Positions 13,400-26,900 are shown, counted from the first letter of the stretch. The stretch: 64,000 nt of DNA from Epiperipatus broadwayi (GCA_028023455.1 JAQFVV010000010.1:1736001-1800000); one strand, 5' to 3'. Numbers and translations are program-made. The notes: generated from the sequence alone by a model not told the origin.

Positions 13400-13740
13400 G
13401 TATAATAACTATATTTTTTCAGCTTTATTATATTCTTTTATGTTTTGTTTTTCTAATAATATAGACTAGATATTTTTTTTTATAATTGTAACTGAAATTA
13501 TCTTAGAAATAGTGTTTCAATTTTCTATATATTGGTGATTATTTATCTTTTCAACATATATGTGTTCAAGTGTATCAGTGTTATGAGATAGGGTGGAGTG
13601 TGTTGGATTGTGTGAAAGTCTGTGCTCATATACCCTATATATTACATATATAGACACAGGTATATAATAAGCTTGGGTTTCAGTTATTATATATGGTAGG
13701 TTGAGACATACTAAAATTATAATGAATCTCAAAGTGACTT
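13400..13740 (-). mobile_element. Possible Penelope-like GIY-YIG endonuclease remnant
   Basis: YYIPVSIYVIYRVYEHR..STLSHNTDTLEH resembles the YIG..R..EH..S.(L/V)..H....H pattern. Heavily decayed. Confidence 0.35.
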
Positions 13741-15239
13741 CTTTGAGTTTCTAAATTGCTTATTCATTTTCTTGTAGCAAATTTCCTGTGCTGGTATCAC
13801 TTCTCTTATTTCAACGGATTTTCTTTCTATAATCTAATCTGTCTGTTACATGTTTTCTCAGCCTTTTAAATCTGAGTTAGTCTTTTGATTTTTATAGTAC
13901 ACATTGACTAATAGAACAAAGTTAATAATGTTTTAATCTGATTAAACTTTTATTCAATTAATTTCAACCTTAAGATAACTTAATTAGTTTTGAAAGTTTA
14001 CTTTTGCTTAATTTCTGTATTTTTTAAGTAACCCGTAATTAATTTCCTTTAATTTCCGAATATAATTTAGATAATATTTAATCTGATCAAGAGTTTTGAT
14101 CAGATTTAAACTTAATTAATGACAAAACTTTTATAGAATTCTAAATATTTGTCATCAATATTATTTAGTCATTGTTTTTTTTTTCAATTCTAATTTTTGT
14201 AAAAGCAGACATATTTTTATTAATTACAAATACTTAATTACAAACAATATTATTTATTTAGATTTCTCATCAATATTACATATATTTTAATTCTCTTCTT
14301 ACTTCAGATTTTTAAATGAGTCAACATGAGTTCTATATTGGATACTTTCTTTTATTGCTTCCTTTGTCATCTCAGTCTTGAAATTCTATTCTTTGATAGT
14401 ATATCTACTTTTATTCATTATCTGGATTGTTTATCTTGCTAATTTTCTATTTCTTCAGGTTTTTTTAGTTGATCTTCAGCACTTTGATCTTTAGTAGGGA
14501 AAAAGACTGACTGTTTTTAGCTTGGTATCTTCTCAGTTTTGACAAAAGTATTTTATTGAGTTTTTGGTGGATGTTGCAATTTCAGGTTAGATTATTTCTT
14601 TTATACTATGCTCACACAGATGGTTAAGATATCTTATCACACTCAACAGCATTAATCATCTAAATATTAATTATTTGTTTAAATAATCTCTTTGCTATTA
14701 TCTTCTTTATCCATTTTTTATTTAAAACGCTCACACCCTTTTCTTCATTAATTCACCAACAATTCCACTAGAGTTTTTTTCTGTAACTATTGGCAGCAGA
14801 ATATGTAGACTTAGCAAGATTGCATATTTCTCCTGCCTTTTAAAACGCTCTTATAAACTGTTGAATGTCATTTCCTGCCAGTAGATTCAATTCACTATAA
14901 TCAAGAGATATGTACAATAATTATTTGTTTAAATTAACTCTTTTTGATTATTTCCTCTACCAATTGTTTATTTAAAAATTTTGCACTCTTATTTCATTAT
15001 TATCTATATGATCAAAATATGCTAAGTTCCTTCCCCTAGGAATTAACATTGATAATCTGATTCTTAATTTCCTGTTCATCGACAATTCCACTAGAGTTTA
15101 TTCTGTAACTATTGTTAACATAGTATGTTAATTTGGCAGGGCTGCATATAAGACATTATGTATTATTTCCTGCTTTTTAAAATGCCATTTTCTGCCAATA
15201 GGTTCAACTCAGAATGATAGAGAGGTGTATAAATATGCT

Positions 15240-16300
15240 TGAAAATTTTTTCTCTAAACTATTTCTCTATTTTTGGGATTGTGAATTCTGTGCCATTATT
15301 CAAATCACTTATGGCAATGTATGTTATACAAATTGTTTTATTTCTCTAGTGTCTCATTAGCTCTAGGATTCTTTATGATACAATACTCTGTTCATCTACA
15401 ATTCACATCTGTTAACATCAAAAATAATTTTCCACTGATTGATCCCACATGAATCTTGTCACTACTTAGCTGCATTTGATCAAGATATAATTTATAGCTG
15501 GCATTTTCATTGTGCACTAGCAAGCTGTACACTTTTATATATTTTTTATATATTTTTTCATATTCAAACTTATGTTTCACCACTAGATATATTCAGTGCA
15601 TACAATATCTAAATGGTCTTCATACAGAATTTCTAAGACTTTCTTTCTGTTTTCAGATAACATTAGTACCCAGTCTCCCATCAGCAACTGGTATTTGCTG
15701 GTAGATAAATTTTCCTAGTTATTCCAAAATGCTAGTACATGTAGTTAGATCTGAAAACTAAGCAATCTTTTCAAATCTGATTTATGAGTAGCTGGTGGCC
15801 TTTATCTGCTTTAATTCTGCTTATTACTCTCACACTATTAAATGTATTAATTTTTAGGACACCAATGTAATTTATTTCAACTTTTCTATCTAAATTTTTA
15901 AAGAAAGGTTTGCATATTTAATGCACTTGTGTATTAGATAATCACAAGAGTTTAATATGTTTGACCATTTCAAGACATACAGATTTAAGTGATTTATTGC
16001 TGGCCAAAATTCCTAATGAAACTTATTGTAAGTCTTTATTTGGAAAGGCTGAATAAAGAGGTATTGATGAACTTTTTTAAAGACTGACCGTACTAACAAA
16101 TTCCTCTCTTTCAGTTTGGATGGGTGACAAATGACTGTTTCTATTACTAATCTGAAGCATTTGTAGTTAGCTATACCTCTTGAATGCTTTTAAAATGAAT
16201 CAATAATTTTTTTATAACAGTAATGCTTGTTCTTCTGAATGCATTTTTATGATTCTTTTATGGGTCTACATCTGATGCTTTTTGTTAACTCATAGAGTGT
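15240..16300 (-). mobile_element. Possible highly decayed R4/NeSL-like non-LTR RT remnant
   Basis: Fragmentary motifs in the expected order across frames: KRGI..GQSL, INHL.LYVLK, KIYLPAN, ETLE..TIC...A. Confidence 0.3.
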
Positions 16301-16616
16301 TTATGCAAATTGAATCACACTTTTTACACAATTCTGAAAATATTATCTAAAGCTCTTTAACACTTTTTTAGTCTGATAGCATTTTATATCACTCACATTT
16401 TTTCTCATATTAGATATTTTCTTTTTTCTGAAATTATTTGACCCCAAAATATAATATCTTTTTGCTCCATCTATCACTGGATATATTCAACTTTATCTTG
16501 AATTTCTTCATTCTATAATATACTTTATCAAGTCTTTGAGAAAACATTACCTTTGAACTAAATGAAATAAGTATAATAAAAAAATAGTGCATCAATTTTG
16601 CTTAAAATATATTCAT

Positions 16617-16758
16617 GTGATCACTTGGCTCGCCGGTCGAGGAAGAACGTGGCCAACCGCGATACTTGAGGTGAATCGCAGGACACCCTTGATCTTCCAA
16701 AGTTCGAATGCACATTGCGGCTCTGGGTCTTGCCCAGAGCCACGTCCGTCCGAGAGTC
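16617..16758 (+). pseudogene. 5.8S rRNA-derived segment, fused to the 5' end of an RTE LINE
   Basis: gatcacttggctcg..gtcga.gaagaacg..gtgaatcgcaggacac..ttcgaatgcacattgcggc..gtccgagagtc is colinear with eukaryotic 5.8S. The terminal GC hairpin ggctctggg/cccagagcc is perfect. No flanking 18S or 28S sequence. Confidence 0.88.
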
Positions 16759-16759
16759 A

Positions 16760-19700
16760 ATAGACCATTTCTGGAAATAAGGCATGGGTCTCATGCCACC
16801 CAGAGCATCCCCAGGTTGTGGATAGGGGTATGGCCTTCAGATATGAACGTTAGCTGCGAATAAGCAGAGTACTGTAAATAAGCAGTCGCTGACATTGGGA
16901 CAACATTCACTATCAGGAAGTGGTGAAGGAGACAGTGGCGTGTTTACTTCTATAAAGTGCCACAATCCCTATGACGGTGGATGTATAATGATGAGTGTTG
17001 ACCGCCATTAAATAAGTCAACACCCCGCTGGGTGCTGGGTCAGCAATGGCATTTCTTCCAAGTCAGCGGAAGATCACTAGAGGTGACAATGATGAGGAGG
17101 AAGTGGTAGTTGGATTTTCATTTTATGGGATTTGGCTAGTGCACTAAGCCTATTATAGAGGTAAAGAAGGCAACGGGAAACCACTTTGTCTTATAATTCC
17201 CTTATTTTATTATGAGTATGTCTACAGGAATCATTGCATTTGGTGTTGAGACCTTAGTTAAGAATAACTTTGGTGTCTTGCCCAGCAGGAGTGGACATAA
17301 GGCTACTAAGGTCATCAACCTGCGAAATCCTCATAAATATAATTCATTGAGAGGGGATACACTGAGAATTGGAATGTGGAATGTTAGATCTTTGAGGAAA
17401 GGTGGGAAATTGGAGAATTTGAAAAGAGAGTTGCATTTGAATAATATTGATGTAATGGGATTAAGTGAAGTGAGGTGGGAGGGATGTGGAGAAGTACGTA
17501 GTGGAGATGTAAAGTTGTTTTATTCAGGTGGTGATAGGTCAATTAATGGAGTTGGCATTGTTGTGAGGAAGAAAATATGGAATAGTGTGGCAAAGGTTGA
17601 TGGTATTAATGATAGACTGATGGTGATGAGAATAAATGCAAGTCCTAGGGATTTGGTAATTATACAAGTTTATATGCCAACTAGTACTCATGATGATAGT
17701 GAAATTGATGAAATGTATGAGAAGATAGAAGAAAGTATTCAATGTGAAGGAAAAAATGCATGTATATTGCTGCTGGGGGATTGGAATGCTGTTGTGGAGA
17801 AAGATAGGGAAGAGAAAATTGTTGGAAATTATGGTATTGGAAAAAAAAATGAAAGGGGTAGTCGACTTGTACAATTTTGTAAAGAGAATGGGTTTGTCAT
17901 TGCAAACACTTGTTTTAAAAATCATATTAGAAGATTGTATACATGGAAAGCTCCAGGTAACAAAGAACGTTATCAAATTGATTATATATTGATTCAGAAT
18001 AGATATAAGAATTCTGTTAAGGGTTCACATGCTTTGTCAGGTGCTGATAAGAATTCTGTTAAGGGTTCACATGCTTTGCCAGGTGCTGATATAGATTCAG
18101 ATCCTAATTTTGTGATGGCTAAATTAAAGTTAAGTTTAAAAAGAATTAAAAGAGGGAAAAGATACACAAGATGGGACTTGGATAAATTGAGACAAATGGA
18201 AAAAGAAAAATTTGGTTTGATATGTGAAAATGAATTTAAAAGAATTGTTCAGGATGGGAACTATATTAATAGCTCTGATGAGTGTTGGAATAAAATTAAA
18301 GAGGGATTCTTGAAAATAGCAAAAAATGAAATAGGTATTATTCATGCGAGAAAAGCTAAAAGACCTTGGATAACTGAAGGTATGTTGGAAAAGATGGAAG
18401 TGCGAAGATGGTGGAAGAATGTAAATACCGAGGAAGGGCAAAAGGAATATAGGAAATTTAATAATGAATTAAGAAGAGAAACAGATTTAGCAAAAGAAAA
18501 GTGGTTGGAGCAAGAATGTAAAGAGATAGAAAGGTTTCAACAGATGAAAAGATATGATCTAGCATTTGATAGAATACAAAGTATTTCTTGGGAGAAAAAG
18601 ACATGGGTAGCAAGTGAGATTGCAGATAAGAATGGAAGAAGGTTAACCGATAGTAATGATATATTAAAAAGATGGGAAGAATATATTCGGTATCTGTTTA
18701 GTAGAGGAAATAATTTAATTAGTTATGAACTTGAAAAAGAAGAAGATGTTGCAATGGATGATAGAGGTATGGACATACTGCTAGATGAAGTAAGAAAGGC
18801 AATCACACAAATGAAGAATGGTAAGGCTATTGGATTTGATGCAGTACCTATAGAATTTTTGAGAGAAATGGGAGAATTTACTATGAAGGAAATAGTTGGA
18901 CTTTGCAATTTGATATATAATAGTGAAGTTTGGCCTGAAGATTTTTTAAGAACTATAGTGATTCCAATTGCTAAAAAGAAGAAAGCTGTTAAATGTGAAG
19001 AGTATAGGACAATAAGTGTATTGTCTCATGTTTCTAAGGTGTTATTGAGGATTTTAACTCAAAGGATTTATGGGAAGGTTGACTATTATATTGCTGAATA
19101 ACAGTTTGGTTTTCAGAAAGGGAAAAGCACAAGAGATGCTATTGGTATTGTTAGGACAATTGCAGAAAGATATATTGAAAGAGATAAAGGAATTGGTATA
19201 TATGTTTTGTAGATTTAGAAAAGGCATTTGATAGAGTAAGCTGGAATAAACTGATGTCTATCTTAAGAGATAAAGGAGTATTCTGGAAAGAAAGATGATT
19301 GATATGGAATATGTATAATGGTCAAAGAATAAGAGTTAGATTTGGATGTAATGAGACTGATGAAGTGAATATAGAAAGTGGAGTTAGGCAAGGATGTAGT
19401 ATGTCACCTGTTTTGCTTAATATTTATTTAGAAGATATGCTAAATAATTATTTGGACTGTGGAGGAGCAAATGTTGGAGGGAGAGTAATAAAGTGTATAA
19501 GATTTGCAGATGATATGGCTCTTATTGCTGAGAAAGAAAAGGATCTTCAGAATATGTTGAATAAATTGGAAGAAGAATGTATGGCATATGGAATGAAGAT
19601 TAATATTGAAAAGACTAAGTGTTTATGGATAGGGAGAGATGCAAAAAGACTGCAAATTGGAATCCATGATAACATGGTGCAACAGGTGAAGGGATTTAGA

Positions 19701-20290
19701 TATTTGGGTTGTTGGTTGAGTGAGGATGGAAGAAGTGAATATGAAGTTAAAAGAAGAATAGCATTGGCAAAGGTGACATTTGTAAAAAGAAAGAGATATT
19801 TTGTGGACCTATGGAAAGAGAATTAAGGAAAAGATTAATTAAATGTTATGTGTGGAGTGTATTAATGTATGGTTGTGAGACATGGACATTGAGTAATAGA
19901 ATTAAGAAACGACTGGAAGCCTTTGAGATGTGGACATGGAGAAAAATGGAAAAAATCAGTTGGGTGAATAAAATAACAAATGAAGAAGTTTTGAAAAGAG
20001 TTAATGAGGAAAGAAGATTGATTGAAAGTATCAAAGAGAGAAAGAGAAACTGGATTGGACATATACTAAGAAAAGATTATAGTTTAATGAAAGATGTTTT
20101 GGAAGGAATGGTGAGTGGAAATAAAAAGAAAGGACGGAAGAGATTGACATTATTGGATGATATATGAGATGGAAGGGGTTATGTGGAATTGAGGAAGTGG
20201 GCAAGGAAGAGAATGGAATGGAAGAATGGATGAACTGATGTAGTGACTACTCTCTGGACCTGTCTATTGGATAGACTACTATTGATTGAG
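16760..20290 (+). mobile_element. RTE-clade LINE, near full length
   Basis: RTE-type 5' UTR (caggttgtggat..ggccttcagatatg..tagctgcgaata..aataagcagtcgc), a single EN-RT ORF, and an RTE-like 3' UTR (ggacctgtctattggatagactac). Confidence 0.92.
17212..20167 (+). pseudogene. RTE ORF (APE endonuclease plus reverse transcriptase), few disabling mutations
   Basis: Motifs: IGMWNVRSL, GLSEVRW, QVYMPTS, GDWNA, QIDYILI, YRTISVLS, QFGFQKGKSTRDAI, VDLEKAFDRV, GVRQGCSMSP, IRFADD, WIGHILR. Stops at ~19099 and ~19296, frameshifts at ~19200 and ~19800, and an in-frame 42-bp duplication at 18007-18090. Confidence 0.93.
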
Positions 20291-21912
20291 TAATACTGAG
20301 TGGTAACTGTTTGTATTTGAGTAATCCAATTAAGACTCATTAGAATTGGAATTTCCAATGACATGTAAATGTTATCATTTGTGTTGTGAAAAACAGCATG
20401 AAGATTTATTTAGTTTGATAAATATTTGAAAACCAGGTACTCTTCACAAACCTGGAGCTTAGTTTGATAAAATACAAAAAACTTATTTGAAGTAACTAAT
20501 ACTTTGCTCATATTTGACATTATATATGTCTTTTTGCTAAAATGTTTATGAACTGTAATTTTGTAATCATAATAAATGCAGATCTGACTGTTTTTGTTAT
20601 TTTTACTATAGGCTGGCTCAATATGATATTCCATTTTACATAAATGTGTTCCTTCAAGGAGAGCTATTTCTTCATTATTAGTTTAAACACTGCCTTGTTC
20701 TTTATTAGATTTTTTCTTTTGCTTTCTTATTCTAAAAATATTTTTATTTTGTTATTATTACTATTGTTACTGGACATGAAAATGCCTTTAATAATCAATT
20801 TCGAATTTCCCCCCCTCTTTTTTCATTCTCTGTAAATAAAGTTTTGTAGATTTTTAAGCCCTTTTTCCATCTCAATCCCTAAGTTTGCTAAAGTTTGTTG
20901 TAAAATGTGAATAGGTAACATCTAGTGTTGTTGCCAAAACAATGTAAGTGGATGCTCACAACACAAACATTTCTGTCTGGGCTGCAGGTGTTACACCATT
21001 ACAGTGTCAATAATGCTATGGAGGGTGATGTTATTTTGCCTTATGTGCTTAGTATGTTGCTGCAAAAGTTTTTTAAATCTGAACAAGTGTACAAAAGATG
21101 ATGATGTGTTTCCTTGAAGAGTAATAAATATTTGTATACAATCTTCAGTATCTGAGGAAATGAGTAATTGATAGTGCACAAGATTATTTCAAAGAAGAAA
21201 GTCAAAGAACCTTGGCTCATGTGACCATTTTTTGAATTTGTGAAGCAGCTGAGCATTGTTTATCGTTAGCATCAGTGTATTAGATGGTTGACTGTAATGT
21301 ATCAGATGATAAACATTCTAATAGGCATGTTTGCTTGTGTTTTGTAGATATCTGAAGAGATATATTTTAGAATTAAGGCACGAGGAATGGTAACCATATG
21401 GGGGTGTCTATTTGTGGGTGTTATTTTCAGTAAACATTTTAGTGTTGGAAAGCATCTTATGGTGGTTGTTAATAGGTTAATGTTTTTTGTATATGAAATG
21501 TATGAATGTCATGAAGGCCTATTCTGTTGTATGTCGTTGGATGACTCAATTGTTTTATGGAGATAGTCACTATCTTTCTATGCTGTATTAGTTTGCTGTA
21601 GAGTGAATAAATTGAGACAGTAAATGATTTGATATTTGTGATAATTAGCTGATTAAGAGAGGTAGTGATTTGCTCTGTATTTTCAATTTATTTTGTATTT
21701 TTTGGCTCATTTTATTAGCACTTATAAAAAAAGAAAACTAAAGAATGCAACTGGTTTGCCATGGCAGATTTCCCTCTGAGACTTTCCAGTAAACCAGACA
21801 GCAGTTTGTCAGGGTTGAACTTGAGCTTGTGTGTGTAGTCTTCAAGTATTCTCTGAAAAACCAAAAATTGTTATTTTGAGATAAGGAAGACAGTAATGTC
21901 ATATATATATGA

Positions 21913-22424
21913 AAAACAAAAATGCAAGTTAAAAAACTTGCTAACGCTTGTATTTATGTCCACAGATGGCGTTCTACCAAAAACACCGATCAAGCGTATG
22001 TTTTGTTTTCATAAACGTCAGAGTAGTATTCACTATCTCTAACTATAATTCCACTTTCAGATCATGATTTCAAGCTATTTGCTATCATCAGTGAAAGACA
22101 GGAATAAAGAAACTAGATCTAAACACAAACTCTGAGCGTTTATGAAACAATTTCTATTCAGCTTGCAAGCGTGAATTTTTTAGACACGTAATGTCTTCAA
22201 ACTCAGCATAGCAAACCAGATAGCTATATGGGTCTGATCTCAGTTCAGCATCACCACATAGTAGAAGCCTCTGCAATCTATATCATTGCAAGAAAGACCT
22301 CAAAGGTAAATTTATGAAAAACAAAAATTATAGTTAGAGATAGTGAATACTACTCTGACGTTTATGTAAACAAAACATACGCTTGTTCGGTGTTTTTGGT
22401 AGAACGCTATCTGTGGACATATAT
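21913..22424. mobile_element. Hammerhead fold-back element, family D: one ~405-bp monomer plus a ~100-bp inverted arm
   Basis: atgaaaaacaaaaat recurs at 21909 and 22314. The arm at ~22328-22420 is the reverse complement of ~21955-22050. The TSD atatatatatga lies at 21901-21912 and 22425-22436. Confidence 0.85.
22054..22097 (-). ncRNA. Type-I hammerhead ribozyme (family D)
   Basis: CTTTCA-CTGATGA-T-AGC(AAATA)GCT-T-GAAA-TCATGA-TC-TGAAAG. Stem I is a perfect 6 bp and stem III ATCATGAT is palindromic. Confidence 0.75.
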
Positions 22425-25400
22425 ATATATATATGACTTGTGTTATTGATTATTATGCTATTTTACACTTTACAACAATTAGCCACAAAGTTTAAACTGT
22501 TTGCTCATTATACTATGTATTGTATATATTGACCAGTGTGTGGAATTTCAATTACTGGAATTTTTAGATGGATTTTTATTAATAGCAAATTGATGTACAC
22601 CATAAAGAGTAGAGAACTGAGTGGTGACCCTTGTGGAATGGATTGAGTGGGATTGAATGAAGGCAATCATCTACCATTGAATATTATATGTACTTCACAG
22701 CTCAGCGATAGATTTGTAAATGCATATAGCATGGAACATAGAATTGTGTCTGCAAGCATGTCAATTAATGTTAACAGGGATAATAAGAATTGAAAAAAGT
22801 CTGAATATCACTTTGAATGGGAATGGGAACTTATTTCTTTTGCTCTTGAACTGAATCCAAAATTGTTTTGAACATGATTGCTGTTTAGCCAGTGGATGAG
22901 TCTTTTTTGTGAATTGCATGGATGATATTTGGGAGAGTAGATGAGATCTCTGTCTTATCCTTGACAACTTTTTCAAGAATTTTTATACCAAGAAGGCCCA
23001 TAGAGATTGGCTGTAGAATTGAAAAGTTGACTATGGGATCTAGTTTCTTATTAAATTGTACAAGGGCAATTGGATATAGACCTTTGTACTATAGAGTTTT
23101 TGCAATAAACAGTTTGCAAGGTCACATAAATATGTGGTAGTTAATCAGCTAAAGTGAGCAAAAACAAATTTGGGTATTTGTTGAAGCTATCAGTGTCATG
23201 CACTGAGGATGGTGGCATGTCTGCAGGCAGTGTGAAACCACTGTGTATTTGAAGTTTTTGTTTAATGAGCTGGTACTAGTCACTCCTTTGGTCTCCAGTG
23301 ATGTAGGCACTCTCATGGTGGTTGAGTATTCCAGTTTCCAGTGAATATTTGAACTTGCTGCATGCATTGTTGTATGTTCAAATGGTTTTTCTGATGAGTG
23401 TATTTGTCAGAAGTGGTTTGGCATATGGAGATTTTATGTACAATTCATCGCCATAGCAAGTAGTTTGGTGGGTGGGGTGCTATAGGTAATATGATTGATA
23501 TTAAATAAAAGAATATTGATAAATGAGATATATTTTTGAGCAGGATCAAGTGCATGTTTAGCATGATACAAGCCTTTAAAGTACAAAAATTCAGGGCTGG
23601 ATGTGTGAAGTAGTATTCTTGTTTTATAAAGGTGAAGCACAGATGTTTGAATTGCAGTGATGTCAAGCTCAAGTATTTGGCAGAATGGTCAAAAAATGGA
23701 GGAGCTGTGTTTAAGTTAATTAGATGATGTAGCATGGGGGAGTAGATGCATAAATCAGGATGGAAGTGTGACTGTTGTTTTAGAATGTTATTGAGTTGTG
23801 CAGGAGAAAACCTTCAGCTCTCATAAGTGGAATTGCCATTTGGTGAAGCCACTTGAAAATAAAAATGCCATAGCTCATGATGAAGTCCACCATTAAGATG
23901 AGTAGGTAGGTATTGATGACAGCAGTGGGTTAATGTTAAGTATAATACAGGTTTATGACTATGGGCCCTGGGGGAATATATGCAAACATTATATTGAGAG
24001 TAATGTCACTTTAGTGAAAGATGATGACATAAATGATGAGAATGAGTACATTGTAGTTATAACTAAAACTGTACCTCCTGATGATGATGATGAGTCTCTG
24101 GAACATGCTTAGAAATATTGTCAGCTTAGTTAGTTTGAATAATTTATTTGTGTGCTGCTGTAGATTTTTGTTTCCAGAAGACCAAGAATGTGTGGTTACA
24201 TGATGAAAATCCATTTACTCATTTGGTAAACTTTTAAAGTTGAGTTTAATCCCAAACATTAAATGGAGGGCAAGTGGATTGAATGAATGACAAGGCTGTG
24301 CAGAAATTTGAATTTAAAAAACTTTTGATGTTATGCTTTGTGTATGGTTTATTTGTTTATTAGTGACTATGATCTGTTTTGGAGTGTTCCTTTGTTGTGT
24401 TGGTTGATCTGGAATTTTTCTTTTCTTGATAATGATTTGTACTTTATTAGACTCATTATGCAGTATGTTGTTTGTTGGTTATTTATAGTTAGGTTATGAG
24501 CATTCAAATTCCATGGGTATTAAGTTATCAGGTACCACAATATTTGGTATCGTTGAATAAGGTTCAAGCTCAAGCACCTTAGTCTTTTCCATCTCATGAC
24601 TTTTTCTTGGGTGTTCAGGTTTTCTCTAGTCTTTAGGAGGGGGATTTCCTTTAGGTGGAAGACATGAGGTTATGTTAATCATTATTTGTGTCAGTTTGTT
24701 TATTATTTTTGGAGTGATATCTTGTTAGTAGCTTTATCATTGGAAGAAGTTACCTGTAATTCTGTTTGAACAGCTTGTTTAATAAGTAAGTGGTGTGCTG
24801 AGCTCATATTATATGATTGTAGTTTGTGGGAGAACAGTGAATATAGTTTTCTCACCCTACTGTTAGATCAATTGGAAATATCTCTTCAATAATGTGGGGG
24901 TGTTGCAGGAGACTGGATCAAAATGAAGATCATCATCTAGTTGTGAATTAATGCTCTGAATGTTATCACCTGTATTTTGCTTTTGATTGTGTATGCATTG
25001 TTTGATTTGGCTACCATCACACTTACACTGCATGCATTGAACAGTGGAGCATTGGATGGCAAAGTGACCACCCTGTCCACAAGAGTAACATTGGGGTTTT
25101 AAGCCTCTAATCTAGAGACAGAATATGGCTTCTTGGTTGACAGTCTGATGGATAAGGTATTGGGGTCTACATCTTTGGTTAACTTTATTTTGAACTCATA
25201 ATTATTGCTATATTTAAGTATCAGAGTGTCTCAGGTATACGAGCTGTAGAGAAATGACTTTCCTAAATGGCTCCATCATTTTTGGAAGTCTTGGGCAGTG
25301 TATCCAGAGTATGCATTTTTGAGGACTCCAGTTATATAAATGTTGCAATTTTCATCTACTATGACAAGAGCAAAGTTATCTAGAGTTTTAATCTTTGCTC

Positions 25401-26104
25401 TAAAATGATCTTTTTTACTGGCCTCATGAAGCTCAACTGTAAGGTATCTTGGATTAGGGTGATCTGCAAGCTGAAGCACTATATCCCATAAACCATGCAT
25501 ACTAAGAACTTCATATAGAAGTGTCTCAGGAAGTGATAGAGTGAACAGTGTGTGACTGTGGCTGATAAAACTGAGGATCTTGGAGAGAAAAAATTTTTGA
25601 ATACGGTAAAAAAACTCCTTTGGTATGATATTGCAGATTTTGTCCAATACCTTCAAGTGTTTCAGCTGTTTATTTTGTGTTTTTAGGTCAAGATTTTTTT
25701 ATTGTTGATTTTCTGAAATGACCCAGTCTGCTTTATGGTTGGAAGGTTTAAACTATTTTTTGCTTTGTTAGCATAGGAATTTTTATGTTTTCATACTGGA
25801 AATATTGTTGAATCTATTTTGACATTAACCAGTCTATGAAATGTCTTGATATCAGCCATTTAAGATTGATTTTTACTGCTAATTTAAACAATTGTTATCT
25901 GAGATTTTTTTTTATTTGTATAAGCAGGGATTTTAATTAAAATATATTAAATAACTTACCTTGTCTTGTTGTTTATTAAGGTGTTAGTTTTATTGTTTAA
26001 ACAAGGTACACAGAGGATAATTTGGGGGTTTGAAACCTTAAAGTCTTTAACTACCATGCAGAATATACTAGGTTTGCTGTGGAATTACTATTATTATTGT
26101 AAGC

Positions 26105-26900
26105 AATTCTTCTTAAGCACATGATCAGCACATATAAGGCTTTAACCTTAATACTATGTGCCTTGAGCGCTTAATTTTACCATGAGAGGGACCTCTGAAA
26201 ATTTTAACACAAGATTACCACTTTAGAAAGATAAGAGTGGCCATTTTATCTTCAACCTACTTTCTATTTATATAGGCAAATCTAAAGCATTTTGATTTGA
26301 GAGTTGTGAAGCTAGTAAGTTCTTCACTAATTAAGTCCACTACTTCATTTAGAAATTAACTTTCGTGAAATCTTTCAATTCACAACGAGTTTATATTAGA
26401 TCTTATAATTAGAAATATTTTGAATCACTGTAAACATTAATTCTTATTAAGTGCATGTTCAGCACATAAATATATATAAGGCTTTAACCATAATACTATA
26501 TGCCTTGAATGTTTAATTTTACCATGAGAGGGACCTCTACAAATCTTAACACAAGATTATGACTTTATAAAGATAAGAGTGGCCACCTTATCTTTCAATC
26601 TATTTTCTAATTATATAGGCAAATCTAAAGCATTTTGATTTGAGAGTGTGAAGCTAGCAAGTTCTTCACTAATTAAATCCACTACTTCATTTAGAAATCA
26701 ACATTCACAAAATCTTTTGATTCACACTCCCAAATAAAAATGCTTTAAATTTGCCTATATAATTAAAAAGTAGATTGAAGATAAGATGGCTGCTCTTATC
26801 TTTATAAAGTTGTAATCTTGTGTTATGATTTGTAGAGGTCCCTCTTGTGGCAAAATTAAGCACTTAAGGCACATAGTATTAAGGTTAAATCCTTATATGT
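26105..26900. repeat. Fold-back repeat family C: two ~340-bp direct units plus an inverted arm
   Basis: Units begin at ~26118 and ~26455. The segment ~26722-26900 is the reverse complement of the first ~200 bp of the unit. No clear hammerhead core. Confidence 0.8.

Larger units (their letters stand above)
20840..26080 (-). mobile_element. L1/Tx1-clade LINE, copy 3 (decayed), interrupted by the family D element
   Basis: ORF1: LPETLLYEVLSMHGLW.. and the knuckle CYSCGQGGHFAIQC (~25040-25090). ORF2: PHILGLLETK, ILMVDF, LMRAEGF, LQPISM, PQGSPLSSLLF, LKFNPDK and ETHHHLLYTC. Confidence 0.85.

Noticed and set aside
16985-17030. Hammerhead in the RTE 5' UTR (aTGATGA plus an 8-bp stem)
   Set aside because: C3 is missing and no GAAA follows the stem.
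21913-22424. Interpretation as a DNA-transposon MITE with 100-bp TIRs
   Set aside because: The inverted arm does not reach both termini. A ~405-bp periodicity, a hammerhead and a 12-bp TSD match the retro-type fold-back families instead.
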